Assembly (NCBI GenBank): GCA_038087875.1
Contig: JAXLNO010000628.1
Location: 1 to 64,000 of the forward strand
Length of the DNA: 64,000 bases
Source of the DNA: Malacoraja senta
Taxonomy: Eukaryota
Direction of reading: 5' to 3'
The notes beneath the pieces are model-generated. The model worked only from the letters and a program-made list of their open reading frames with translations, was not told where the DNA came from and did not search any database. Both the position numbers and the translations under genes were made by a program. Positions 1 through 11,986 of the stretch are shown one piece after another. Every line of letters starts with the position of its first letter. The first letter of the stretch is position 1.

Positions 1-371
1 GCCCTCTATTGCCCAGTGTTCCTTTAGCTAGAGTAGAACCAGACATGAGGGGTTTTAATAATGGGGGTGGACTGGGAAAGCTGGAAGAGTTCTCATAAAC
101 AAAAATCATGAGCATGGGCAGGGGGGTGTGTGTGGGTGGGGGGGGGGTGGGCAGGGGGGAGTGAGCTCGGAGAAAAGACAGGGAAGAGCCATGGGGGAGA
201 TAGGGGCATCACGGGGAGGGTGGGAGGAGCCAGCGAGGGGGACCACAGGGGTAATGGCTGGAATTGGTGGTGCGATGGGGACTCACAGCAGGCACTGGGA
301 GCTGGCCGTTCTCCTCCGTCGGGATCAGAGTCTCCGCTTTCCATTTGGCGACATCGGCGACATCTCCGACG

Positions 372-498
372 CTGGGCTGGGCTGGGTCTCCGACTGGGCT
401 GGGCTGGGCTGGGTCTCCGACTGGGCTGGGCTGGGCTGGGTCTCCGACTGGGCTGGGCTAGGCTGGGTCTCTGACTCTGGGTTGAGCTGGGTCTCCCA
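372..498. repeat. 27-bp GC-rich minisatellite (CTGGGCTGGGCTGGGCTGGGTCTCCGA) x ~4
   Basis: Direct tandem units visible at 372-475 and decaying to 498; they explain the AGLGWVSDW repeat in ORF 128..772. Confidence 0.85.
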
Positions 499-931
499 CG
501 CTGGCTGGGTCGGGTCTCTGACGCTTGGCTGCTGCTCGGGGCTGCGCTGCTTCAGGTCGGCTGCTTCTGGTCGGCTGCTTCGGGTCCCTCTGAAACTCTG
601 GTTGGAAACCTCCGCCGGCCACCCTCAGCTCCAGTTAAGACGCGATGGCGCAAGAAGGGGCGGACCGTCCAGGGGAGTGACAGGTGAAGAGACTAATCCA
701 CGCGGCGCCGACTGGCAGGAGAAGAGATCGATCTGCAGACGCGCGGTTTTTAAGATTTTTAAACCTCGCTAACTTTTACGACATTCAACTGATCGGAAAG
801 AAACTTGCCGCACTCGCAGTACAGGAGACCGGTGAGTGAACTGGTGAAAATCATAGTGCTATCGCGAACCATTTTTGTGCAAATAGAAAGACTGCCAAAC
901 CGGAAGATAACAAGATCAGAGTTTTAGTTAT

Positions 932-1138
932 GTAGGAATGTTACAAAATTTTGAGATTTAAAAAATCAAGCCTGTAATTTATCACACCAGATAAAGCATA
1001 AAATAAACCTTTAATATTTACCTAATTCACTTTTCTATCTTCAGTATTAAAAAAGTTATGGTCATTTTCATACTAGGAAAGCATCTTGTTCCCTATAGTT
1101 TTTCTATTGACTTAACTCAAAAGCTGTGATCGAGGACA
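932..1138 (+). mobile_element. Left-end fragment of the TIR element family seen complete at 59838-60877
   Basis: Starts GTAGGAATGTTACAAAA and aligns for ~200 bp to 59838-60048. Confidence 0.8.
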
Positions 1139-1748
1139 AGCCTTGTCACAAGGGACGTTTTACATAGACATACATACAGATCAGTCATGGCTGCCTCCAT
1201 GTTCAACATAAACGTCCTATATACCTTTTGTTTTGTCCTGAACTTGCGATCCGTGATTTTGAAGGCCTTGAATTTAAGCCCCGACTTTCAAATCCAGCGA
1301 TTCAATAGATCAGCAACGTGTTGGGAAAAAATGTGAACGGATGACAGAACGGGATTTTCTCTACGTCATAAGCTTGTTGTATGAGGAAATGCCTCCCTGA
1401 CAACAATGAAAAACCTGCAGTTTACTCCCCCCCCCCCCATAGCCTCTCGAGTCCTGTGCACAACAGTAGGCAGATCTTGAGCGCCACTGATTGCAGGGAT
1501 TATAACAACGCTAATAGATAGATACTAATGCGGACAGAGACAATGTGACAATTATTTTTAACCATTGACTTTTTCTAACAGGGGGGCAATGCCTGAAAGT
1601 TGACAGAAGAATGTTTGACAGCCTTTATCAAAACAGTATTAGATAAATACCTGAAGGGAAATACATTACAGGCAGCAGTCGAAAGCATGGGTTGGGATTA
1701 AATGGATGGCTTTCCCAAAGAGCTGTCATGTACCTGACATGATAAATG

Positions 1749-1842
1749 CTGAAGAAGGGCCTCAACCTGAAACGTCACCCATTCCTTCTCTCCAGAGATG
1801 CTGCCTGTCCCGTTGAGTTACTCCAGCAATTTGTGTCTACCT
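1749..1842 (+). mobile_element. Penelope-terminus-derived short element with degenerate hammerhead core and 11-bp TSD
   Basis: CTGAAGAAGGGCCTCAACCTGAAACGTC followed by the family body; flanked by ATGATAAATGC at 1739-1749 and 1843-1853. Confidence 0.85.
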
Positions 1843-2334
1843 ATGATAAATGCCCTTCCATATGCTAAGATACTCTGGGTGAATTCTAATAACACTCGCC
1901 CACCTACAACATGTGGGGTTGGATATAACCTTTCTTTTGAAGTTTTATTCCTGAACCTAACCCTTCTAAAATCCAGACTGATCTTATTATTCAACAACAG
2001 GAGAAGGTGTAGCAAGCAGTCATTCCCAAAGAGCAGCCTTTCTCCACATTTACAATGCAGTTAATCCTCGTTATAACAGTCCATGATGTCCATTGTTGTC
2101 GATTGTCCGCTATAACTGAGTGTCGTATGTGGCATTTCATGTGTAGCGACCCAACAATGACATTTAGGCTGAGTAACAACTGCACTGAGAGAGGTGTCCT
2201 TTTTTTACAGCTGACAGCCTTACCTGCCCCAAACTACAAAACTCCAAGGTCTCAATACAGTAGTACAGGTGGTGGTGGCTGTGACGGCAGGCATGTCTGA
2301 GGAAGTGTCGACAGGCACGGTCGGGAAGTTCCAC

Positions 2335-2575
2335 AGTTCAGTTTATTGTCACGTGTGCCATGGTCTAGCTTAAAGCTTTTGTTGCATGCTATCCAGTCAG
2401 CTGAAAGACTATATATGATTACAATCGAGCCATTTACAGTGAGCAGATACTGATAAGGGATTAGCATTTAGTGAAAGGTAAAGCCAGCAAAGTCCAATCA
2501 CGGATAGTCCACGAGGGTCACCAATGAGATAGATAGCAGTTCAGGACTATGTGGTGGGATGATTCAGTCGGGTAG
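2335..2575 (-). mobile_element. Rex1/Babar-type LINE 3' end fragment
   Basis: Reverse strand has TGACAATAAA plus a microsatellite tail; same family as 23890-24225. Confidence 0.65.
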
Positions 2576-2640
2576 GGAAGGCAGTGCGAGCTGGGGGTGG
2601 CTTTGGCCAACTCTGGCCAACATCACCTCTTTGGTGATGT

Positions 2641-3119
2641 TGGCCAGAGAGGTGATGTTGGCCAGAGCTGGGGTCGGCAGCCTGGTCTGGCAGTGAAGTT
2701 CGGTTGGTCCGTGCGCCAAAACCGAAATCCATTATAAAAAGGCCCCAAAAAACGAGGGTTTACTGTATTTCAATTCTCAGTTGAAATCAGTTTCAGCACA
2801 GTTGCCGGCTGCCTTAACGTACCATTCACCTGACCCACTCCACTAACAGCCAACAATCCATCAGACCTCTTCCCCCGGTGACCATGCTCCATCCACCCTC
2901 CAACAAGCTCCAACCCAGAGGATACGTGTTTAAAACAATTGCCAATACCAACAGAGGCCACATGAAAAAAAACTTCAGCCAAAATTGAAGGACATTCAAG
3001 AAGGACACTTAAGACAAGAGATTCATTCACGCATTTCCAAAACAAAATCATGCCATGCAACAGCAACTTTGGCTTTACCAAGAGTATAGAAATGTGCAAT
3101 TTCCTAGTTGTCTTAGCAA
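2641..3119 (+). repeat. ~480-bp local duplication, copy 1 (includes a Tigger/pogo-like MITE end at ~2730-2767)
   Basis: Near-identical to 7501-7977; GAGGGTTTACTG-TA resembles a Tigger TIR with TA. Confidence 0.9.
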
Positions 3120-3486
3120 CCGTCAGGAAATTTGTTTCCTCATTTTTCAATAGGATTTACATTCTCCCTTGCACCTTTGTTTTTCCGGCATAAAACTCCC
3201 AGGAGTGACATCAGTTTAATTCAGATTAATGTGAGGTGTTTCATTTTTGTAAGACAAACCAGGTGAGGACTGACACTGTAAATGGCAGGGCCCTGGGGAG
3301 TGCTGTGGAACAGAGAGACAAAGGGACTTGGGTATATAGTTCCGTGAAAGTGGCGACGCAGGTAGACAGAGTGATGAAGTAGGTGAACAAGCACTGTTCA
3401 TCACTGGCTTGATTAAATCCTTCTAATCCTTTGCAGCCAACCATTTCCTCCTCACCTTTTCCCAGCCGCTTCCCCCATCCCAACTA

Positions 3487-3798
3487 GGCACGGTGGCACA
3501 GCGGTAGAGTTACTGCCTTACAGCGCTTACTACACCGGAGACCCGGGTTCGATCCTGACCACGGATGCTGTCTGTATGGAGTTTGTACATTCTCCCCATG
3601 ACCTGCATGGGTTTTCTCCAAGATCTTCATTCTCCCACACTCCAAAGACATACAGGTTTGTAGATTAATTGGCTTGGTATGAATGTAAATTGTCCCTAGT
3701 GTGTGTCGGGTAGTGTTAACGTGCGGGGATCGCTGGTCGGTGCAGACTCAGTGGGCCAAAGGGCCTGTTTCTGTGCTGTATCTCTAAAACGAAACTAA
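3487..3798 (+). mobile_element. HE1-type tRNA-derived V-SINE
   Basis: A box GGTGGCACAGCGG, B box GGTTCGATCC, central V domain, GGGCCTGTTTC...TGTATCTCTAAA tail. Confidence 0.9.
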
Positions 3799-3952
3799 TC
3801 TATCATAACTGCCGCATCCATTCATTTAACAGTGGCATTTCCCATATGCTGGAAGAGTGATGCTTGGATCATGGAATACTCTTAAGAGCTGGCTGCAAAA
3901 ATCTTGGACAACAACCTCAGCTCCAGGGTAACGTTAAACAGAATAACCTAGT

Positions 3953-4283
3953 GGGACGGCATGGTGGCGCAGCGGTAGAGTTGATGCCTTAGAGCGCCAG
4001 CGACCCGGGTTCGATCCTGTCGGTCTGTCAGTGAACAGACTCCGCTGTCTGTACCGAGTTTGTACGTTCTCTCTGTGACCTACGTGGGTTTTCCCCAGGT
4101 GCTCTGGTTTCCTCCCACACTTCAAAGACGTACAGGTTTGTAGGTTAATTAGCTTTGGTAAAGATTGCAGATTGTCCTTAGTTTGTTGGATTGCGTTAGT
4201 GTATGGGGATCGCTGGTTGGTGTGTCTCAGTGGGCCGATGGACCTGTTTCCATGTTGTATCTCTAAACTAAACTAAACTAAAC
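3953..4283 (+). mobile_element. HE1-type V-SINE
   Basis: Same consensus; (CTAAA)n tail. Confidence 0.9.
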
Positions 4284-4479
4284 CCCAAAACAGTACTCTA
4301 TGAAGTTCATCATTGAAATGGTCTGCATTGATACCAGGGGCACTAGGACTGCCTCTGTGTTGAATGACCCACAGTAACAATGATAAATGTGGGTGAATTT
4401 ACAATATCAACATTTACATTCATCCTGTTTGGACACTATATTGCAATAGGGCTGGAGGAATAAAAATATGGGTATGGGT

Positions 4480-5640
4480 ACAATGGTATGGTAATTAAAT
4501 TACTGGGCTCACGTCTAGAGGCCTGGACCAAGGATTCATAGCTATGAACCCCATCATTTCAGATGCTGTATTTCACAGTAAGAACTTATAAATCCTGAAT
4601 AAAAAGCCAATATCATTAAGGGTGACCATGAAACCATTTGAGTGTTGTAGAACCTCCTACAGTTCATCAATAAATCCACCTGCCTTACAGGTGTAGTCCA
4701 TTGTGTGAATTCTGATTCACTAATAGTTCAGGGTCAATTGGATTGGATTGGATTGGATTGGATTCAATTTATTGTCATTGTCTCAATTAAGAGACAACGA
4801 AATACTATTTTCCTTACAGTCATACAAATAAAAAAACACACAAAACACAGAATACAGTAGTCCACAAGGCACCAAAGTTCCCCACTGTGAGGGAAGGAAC
4901 TAAAGTCCAGTCAACCTCCTCGCTGATGTTCCCCAATGTTCACCCATGGTCATGGCCTCCCGAGCCCCCCGCAGTTGCCGCTACGGGCAGCCCGATGTTC
5001 ACGCCCTCTCGCCGGGAACGATGGAACCCCGACGTCGAAAGGTAAGACATCCTCAGCTGCCTGGACCTCTGAATCGGCCACCTCCCACCGGAGTCCGTGG
5101 CTCCCGAAGTCCACAGGCCGAGCTGGGTGGAGATTCACGCTGGCGACCCCCGGCAAAGGGTCCCAGGACTCTGCGATGTTAGTCAGCGCCGCCCGCGTTG
5201 GGAGCTCCGCGAACCACAGCTCCGCGATGTCGATGCAGCAGGCCCAACACTCCGGAGCTCCAACGGCGATCCCAGGTGAGGCATCGCCCGGTCCGCGATG
5301 TATCGAGCACTGCGCCGCCGCTGCTGATGCTCCGGTCAGTCCCGGTAGGAAAGGCCGCGCCAATCCAGGTGGTAGGCCGAGAGGAGGGGGGCGAGGGCGC
5401 GACTCGGATAATAGTCGCATCCTCGCCAGTAAGCGACTGAAGGACGGTTTCCTCCTTACCCTACCCTCTTCCCCCCACATAAAACACACACAAAAAATCT
5501 AAAGAACATACTTTAAACATAACAAAAAATACAAAAAAGATACCAGACTGAAGGCAGTGGCAGCCAGTAACAGCTCCACCGGAAGTCCAATTGAGAATGA
5601 ATAGCAAATATGCTGCCAATATCCATATGAATAAAAATAA
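4480..5640 (+). mobile_element. Old tRNA-SINE with L2-like tail, split by the 4741-5587 insertion
   Basis: Degenerate ...GAATAAAAAGC...GGTGACCATGAAAC...AGGGTCAATTG|AGAATG...; similarity recalled from shark SINEs. Confidence 0.5.
4741..5587 (-). mobile_element. Non-autonomous GC-rich retroelement with Rex1-like 3' end, (ATCCA)n tail and 6-bp TSD
   Basis: Minus strand starts GACTTCCGG and ends ATGACAATAAATTGAATCC(AATCC)n; CAATTG at 4735-4740 and 5588-5593. Confidence 0.75.
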
Positions 5641-5709
5641 AAAATAATAATAAAATGACCTGTTGGGGGTAAAATATGCAGTCTTTCAGGTTAGCTTATG
5701 TTCCATTCA

Positions 5710-6065
5710 TAGAACACAGAACATAGACAGGACAGCACTTGAACAGACCCTTCAGTCCACAATATACATGCCAAATTCAACTCCTCTCATCTGCCGGCAC
5801 ATGATCCATATCTTTCCAATCTCTATATATCCATCTGCCTATCTAAAAGTTTCTTAAATGCCACTCTCATCTTTGCTTCCACCACCACCCTTGACACTGC
5901 ATTCTAAACGCTCACCATCTTGTTTGTAAACTCCTTTAAACTTTGCCCCTCTCATCTTAATGCTGTGCCCTCTAGTGTTTGACATATACACTCCGGGAGA
6001 AAGGTTCTGACTGTCTCGGCATCTCATAATTTTATGCATTTCTATCATGTCTCCCTTCAATCTTC
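5710..6065 (-). mobile_element. CR1 3' fragment
   Basis: Degenerate MKGDMIEMHKIM...TRGHS C-terminal motif. Confidence 0.8.
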
Positions 6066-6389
6066 CTCAATCGCCATAGATTCAATATTTCATCAGTCAT
6101 ATGTGATATTTATTCACAAAGAGCGGCAACTGATGCAAAACTATCTGCATAATATAAAAATCAATAGATTTTGCTGGAAAGCACCTGTAATTTCACGTTG
6201 AACTGTTTAAAAACAGTCGTAATTATTTGTAGTTGTTTGAAGATTAATTATTTAGAAGTGTTTGCATCTCTTTCATTGCTTTTTGATATCTCTAACAATT
6301 TTTAAAATGCTTACTTGTTTATTTCTCACACGTTAATCATGTCATGAGTATATTAAAATGCTCTGACAGCTTTGACAGACAGCAAAACT

Positions 6390-6608
6390 GCGGGTAGAAA
6401 CAAAGAGCAGCAGACGCTGGTTATACCAAAATTAGACACAAAGTGCTGGTCGAACTCAGCGGGTCAGGCAGCATCTCTGGAGAAGAAGGATGGGGGAATC
6501 TTCTTCTGAGGTCTGAAAAAGAATCCCGACCCTAATCGTCACCCATCCTTTTTCTCCAGAGATGCTGCCTGATCCGCTGAGTTACTTCAGCACTTTGCGC
6601 CTATCTTT
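6390..6608. mobile_element. Palindromic head-to-head dimer of the Penelope-terminus element, 9-bp TSD
   Basis: CTCAGCGGGTCAGGCAGCATCTCTGGAGAA ... TTCTCCAGAGATGCTGCCTGATCCGCTGAG; AGCAAAACT at 6381-6389 and 6609-6617. Confidence 0.85.
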
Positions 6609-7500
6609 AGCAAAACTATGGGCATAGATTTGCCAAAGGTTGTGAGAAAAAAATTGTGGGCCAGCCCTTTCACCTAATCATATTAATTGTAAGGCTGCCT
6701 CTGTTCAGGACCTTCTCTCCATTTCAGAATAATCTGAAAGGTGGAGAATATGAATTGTATGTGCAGGCAGTACTGAAATGTTTATTTTATGCATGCAGAT
6801 GTTGGAAATCTAAAATAGAAACAGAAAATTCTGCAGGTGCAGCTTGACCTGCTGAATATTTAGAGCATGTTCTGCTTTATTTTAGCACCCAGGAAATTGC
6901 AGGGCAATAAAAAGAAAGAACTTATAAAATATATTCAATTATGGTCAAGCTATTCTGTGCTGTATTTTTCTGTATATTCTGTGGCGTTTATCTGAATTTT
7001 CTTTTAACTTCATACTTTCACAATGTATAGTGAGAAAGAGGAAGGTTCGTCAGCAAAGCATTATTTATAACTATGACTTGAACCCTCCTGGAATCCACTG
7101 TTGCATTAACTGCATTTAATAATCCTCATACATCATTGTAAACAGAACAGTCATGTCCTCATATATTCGCATTCATCTTATTTTTAATGCTTTACCAACT
7201 TTCTGGACTCTAACTAAACAATTGGTTAAATACTGTGCAGGAATCGGATGTTGGAAAAATGAATTGGTCAGTAGCACATACCTACTGAATTTGCAAACAC
7301 TGAGATTGTTCTTCACAGCTCTAGTCAAGGTTATATTGTTGGCTGTTGTGATTTTAACTGAGCCACAGAGCGACCAGTGCTGTGTAATGGGACTTGATTC
7401 AGCACAAGCCGACAAGCAGATGACCACCAGTGGAAGAATATCCCAAAACTCAAAATGCATTGTTTTTAATCATTTTTATGTACAAAGATCATAAGGTCAT

Positions 7501-7977
7501 CAGAGGCGATGTTGGCCAGAGCTGGGGTTGGCAGCCCGGTCTGGCAGTGAAGTTCGGTCAGTCTGTGCGCCAAAACCAAAATCCATTATAAAAAGGTCCC
7601 AAAAAACAGGGTTTACTGCATTTCAATTCTCAGTTGAAATCAGCTTCAGCACAGTTGCCGGCTGCCTTAACGTACCATTCACCTGACCCACTCCACTAAT
7701 AGAGCCAACAATCCATCAGACCCCTACTCCCTGTGACCATGCTCCATCCACCTTCCAACAAGCTCCAACCCAGAGGATACGTGTTTAAAACAATTGCCAA
7801 TACCAACAGAGGCCACATGAAAAAAAACTTCAGCCAAAATTGAAGGACATTCAAGAAGGACACTTAAGACAAGAGATTCATTCACGCATTTCCAAAACAA
7901 AATCATGCCATGCAACAGCAACTTTGGCTTTACCAAGAGTATAGAAATGTTGTGCAATTTCCCAGTTGTCTCAGCAA
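7501..7977 (+). repeat. ~480-bp local duplication, copy 2, lodged in a CR1 microsatellite tail
   Basis: Matches 2641-3119; flanked by CATAAGGTCAT and ATAAGGGATAGGAGTAGAATTAGGCC. Confidence 0.9.
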
Positions 7978-9209
7978 TTTATAAGGGATAGGAGTAGAAT
8001 TAGGCCTTTTTGGCCCATCAAATCTACTCCACCATTCAATCATGGCTGATCTATCTCTCCCTCCTAACCCCAATCTCCTGCCTTCTCCCCATAACATCTG
8101 ACACCTGTACTAATCAAGAAAATCTAAGATAATATCAGGTGATCAAATATGACGTTAATGATGAGAAATGCATGATTTACTTCAATATTTTGGGAGTGAA
8201 TAAGTTGTACCACAAAATTAGACATTCAATGGTATACCAATATTGTACATCAATATTGTAAAAGCTTCTGAAGATAAAATGCAGGCACCCAATACATTCC
8301 TGCCTTTACCATGGTATTGTGAGGGTGTCTCTTTGGATACACAAATAATACAACTATTAATTGACATAACAAATATGAATATGACCACATTGACATGCGA
8401 ATGCTAAATGGTAAAATAGCCAATCTTAAACCACCCTTCATCTCATTCTGGGGCTGGAGACTGCTTTACCTCTTTCACAAAATGACACAGATAAATGATC
8501 AACATATCGGATGGCTGATTCGACTTGGTCCAATTGCCTTATTATCTGTACACATGGGCAGTACATTTGAGAACGTCTCATGGTCAGGTCTGTTTCCAAA
8601 GCATATCTCTTAAGTGTCCTCCTTCTGTGAAGGGTCACACAGTCTTCACAGAGAGCAGTGTTTGTTTATGCCACTGTCTTTGTACTTTTAAGTTCATAAG
8701 TTATACAGTAGGAGCAGAATTACACCATTTAGCCCAGAAAGACAACTGCAATTCAATCATGGCTGCTCTATCTTTCCCTCTAAAACCCATTCTCCTGCCT
8801 TCTCCCCATAACCCCTGACACCCTTACTCACATTTTTGAAACCCTTGTTCAAAAATGATTACTTCATCATGTAGGTTATATTTGAAAGGAATTCAAAGAC
8901 TGGTCCTACTGTGTTTTAATGGTTAATACACTTGATGTCCTCTAATTGAAATGAAACCAACCAAAATGAAAATAAAATTAGTGCATGAACAGGCTTTCTT
9001 TAATCAAAATGCCCCAGTGGAGGGAATCTGCAAAAAAACTGTGTGTGGGGCTGCTCACATAAATATCACTAGGTTTGGAATTCTTTCCCATGCACAAAAG
9101 TCCCACACTCGCTGGGATACTCTTTGTTGGTGATTCCAGTGTTGGACTACTTGTGGAGTCCAGTGGAAGGACATTAAATTGTGATAATTCCCTTTGCAAA
9201 GATATATCA

Positions 9210-9515
9210 GGGCGGTACAGAGGCACATCAGCAGAGTTGGTGCCTTACAGTGCCAAATCCGGGTTTGATCCTGACTACGGGTGCTGTCTGTACAGAGTTT
9301 TCGTTCTCCCTGTGACCACATGGGTTTTCTCCGAGTGCTCCAGTTTCCTCCTTCACTCCAAAGAAGTACAAGTTTGTAGGTTAATTGACTTCTGTAAATT
9401 GTCCCTAGTGTGTAGGATAGTGCAAATGTACAGGGTGATCGCTAGTTGGCATGGACTTGGTGGGTCGAAGGGCCTATTTCTGCACTGTATCTCTAAAGTA
9501 AAGTCTAAAGTCCAA
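9210..9515 (+). mobile_element. HE1-type V-SINE
   Basis: Consensus match to the other copies. Confidence 0.85.
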
Positions 9516-9759
9516 ACAGTTCATTTCAATGGAAATTACCCACTGCATGGGAGCAGGTGATTTTTTAAAAAGTAATTGCAATTTGTTCAATTTTCTAAAA
9601 TGTTTTTAAAGTTTCTTAAGTGCATTTAGTGTTTGTTTTTTAAATTGATAAAATATTGATTGGTTTATTTCTGATTATCTTTTAATGTTTCCTGAACTGG
9701 AGACATCGAGAAATGCTCTAGGGCTTTGTGAGTGATTTTTAATCTGTGCTGTGAACCGG

Positions 9760-10280
9760 ACCTGGGAGAGTCCAGGTCCAGAGGGCACAGCCTCAGAATA
9801 AAAGGATGAACCTTCAACATGGAGACAAGGAGACATCTCTTTAGCCAGAGGTGGTGAATCCGTGGAATTCATTGCTGCAATGGAATCAAGGTCATAGATT
9901 TAAGGTAAGGGGGGAAAGATTTAATGAGAATCTGAGGGGTAACTTTTTTACACAAAGGGTAGTGGGTGTATGGAACAAGCTGCCAAAGAAGTAGTAGAGG
10001 CAGGTACTATCACAACATTTAAGAAACATTTAGACAGGTACATGGATAGAGTAGTTCAAAGGGCTATGGGTCAAAAGCAGGCAGCTGGGACTAGCTTAGA
10101 TATGGCATGTTGATCAGCGTGGGCTAGTTGGGCCGATGAGCCTGTTTCCATGCTGTATGTCTCTATGTCTCTCATCGGCTGTGGAGACCAAATCATTGGG
10201 TACATTTAAAGCAAAGATTGATGGGTTCTTTACTGGGAAGGGCATCAACGGTTAGGGGGAGACGGCCAGAGCATGGGATC
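9760..10280 (+). mobile_element. CR1 3' fragment with nested HER1-like 3' end (~9885-10172)
   Basis: GAGGGCACAGCCTCAGAATAAA and TTTTTACACAAAGGGTAGTGG CR1 motifs. Confidence 0.75.
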
Positions 10281-11695
10281 AATAGGGAAAAACTAATGGC
10301 CAATCGATCCTATTTCATCTGTATCCCCCTATTGCTTGCTACCCCTTGACCCACCCCTCTCCACAAGCTCTTTACAATGGCTACTGTGCCTCCAGTCTTT
10401 TAGTGTAGATGAAGGGACTCAGAAATGTTTCCTTTGCAGAAGCTGCGTGACCCGCTGAGGTTCTCATGCAGCTCTTAATGACTCAGATCTGGAAGGACCT
10501 TGTTCAGAGATTCGTTAAACTTGTGCTTAAATTGGACCGCAAAAACCTCTGATAATCCACGTGTGCAGCCGTGCCAATGGTTGGCATCCATCTCGCTGGA
10601 TATTTTTACTTGTGGCCTCTTTAATGTCAGTAGGACCTCATTTCTCACACTCCTATTAAAGTTACCAGGCCCTGTTTCCATGCTCATTTTAAACTCAACA
10701 GGACTTAATTTATACATTTCCTTTTAAGCTAAGTAGCCCTTGCTCCCCAAGTTCCTTCCAGCTCTCTGGGTTAGAAAAGTCAATGAAAAGTGCATTGAGG
10801 TATTAATCGTGAAAATATCTAATAGTCTGGAAAAGTTTGCCAATCCGTTATCAAAGTTTTTCAATATTAAATGAGTAAATGATCCAGTGCTGGGTTATTA
10901 GTTTTTCAATATTAAAGAATAAATTATAGTTGAGCAAAGAAGAACCATAAGTTATAACTGTGAAAAGGATCTCTGCTAAGTTGAATCCCCAGCTAGTTTC
11001 TTGAAAACATTGAATACATTGTGTGTGTGTGTATAAAGAGTAAAGAAGGGGCTGAGAACGCATGCTTGTGGAGCACCAGTGTTGAGGTGATAGGGTGATG
11101 ATGCAGCCTCACTTGACACCAGTCTCCACTGGGTATGCACACATTTTTCCGATCATGTAGCTGAATCGTTTGTTAGGATCATGTCAGCAGACACAAGAAT
11201 GGAGATGGATTTTTGTAGGCAGCCAGCTTTGAGAAGGGCCTGTTCCATAGTACCACAGATGGCAACTGCCTGCCTGTGGTACTTTGTCTGTTGGTAAATT
11301 AGCAACAGAAGGCAGCCAGAGCTAGCTGTAACCGCAAGTTGATTTCTTTGCTATATATAAGTTACATGTCAGCAACTCCACAGGCCATGTAAAACAGAAA
11401 GATTGTATGAAATGAACCTGCTGCGATTCATTTAGTTGCTGCTCAGTTTCCTACCAGCCAGTATATTAGTTTGAAACAGCCTTTTATAGCAAACTTGAAA
11501 TTAGCCGAGGAAGCCAGCTTGAGCCAGGACCAAATCGCAGTTTCAAAAGATCATTAGCTATATTGTACAGTTACCTTTATATGATAAGCTGTCTGTGAAA
11601 TTGTTGTTATCACATCATTACAATTCCTGTGTTTATGCTAAAAAGCATACATCCTATATTTTAACTTTAAGCTGAAACTGTTTATATTTTTACTT

Positions 11696-11828
11696 GTGTA
11701 GGAAGGAACTGCAGATGCTGGTTTAAACCAAAGATAGATGCAAAAAGCTGGAGTAACTCAGCGGGACAGGCAGCATCTCTGGAGAAAATGAACAGGTGAC
11801 GTTTTGGGTTGAGACCCTTCTTCAGACT
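11696..11828 (-). mobile_element. Penelope-terminus short element with hammerhead-like core
   Basis: GACGTTTTGGGTTGAGACCCTTCTTCAGAC is the reverse complement of the core. Confidence 0.85.
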
Positions 11829-11986
11829 TGTTCATTTTTCCAATTCCTCTTGAGAAGGTATTGGTGAGCCAAGTTCTTGAAGGTTGCAGCTCTTGTGAGG
11901 AAAGTTCACCACAGTGCTGTGGAAGAGTTCCAGGACATAGACCCAGCGACAACGAAGAAACAATGATATAGTTTCATGTCGGGGTG

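Noticed and set aside
93..772. Overlapping ORFs with AGLGWVSDW repeats; CRISPR-like look
   Set aside because: A GC-rich minisatellite without unique spacers in a eukaryotic context, with no domain motif.
2770..3150. 126-aa hydrophobic ORF duplicated at 7724-7957
   Set aside because: The frame is not preserved between copies (indels, earlier stop) and there are no splice signals.
3487..3560. tRNA-like A/B boxes here and in other HE1 copies
   Set aside because: These are SINE heads, not tRNA genes.
4936..5502. 188-aa and 179-aa ORFs on opposite strands
   Set aside because: GC-rich repeat interior that is open in several frames, with no recognisable domain.
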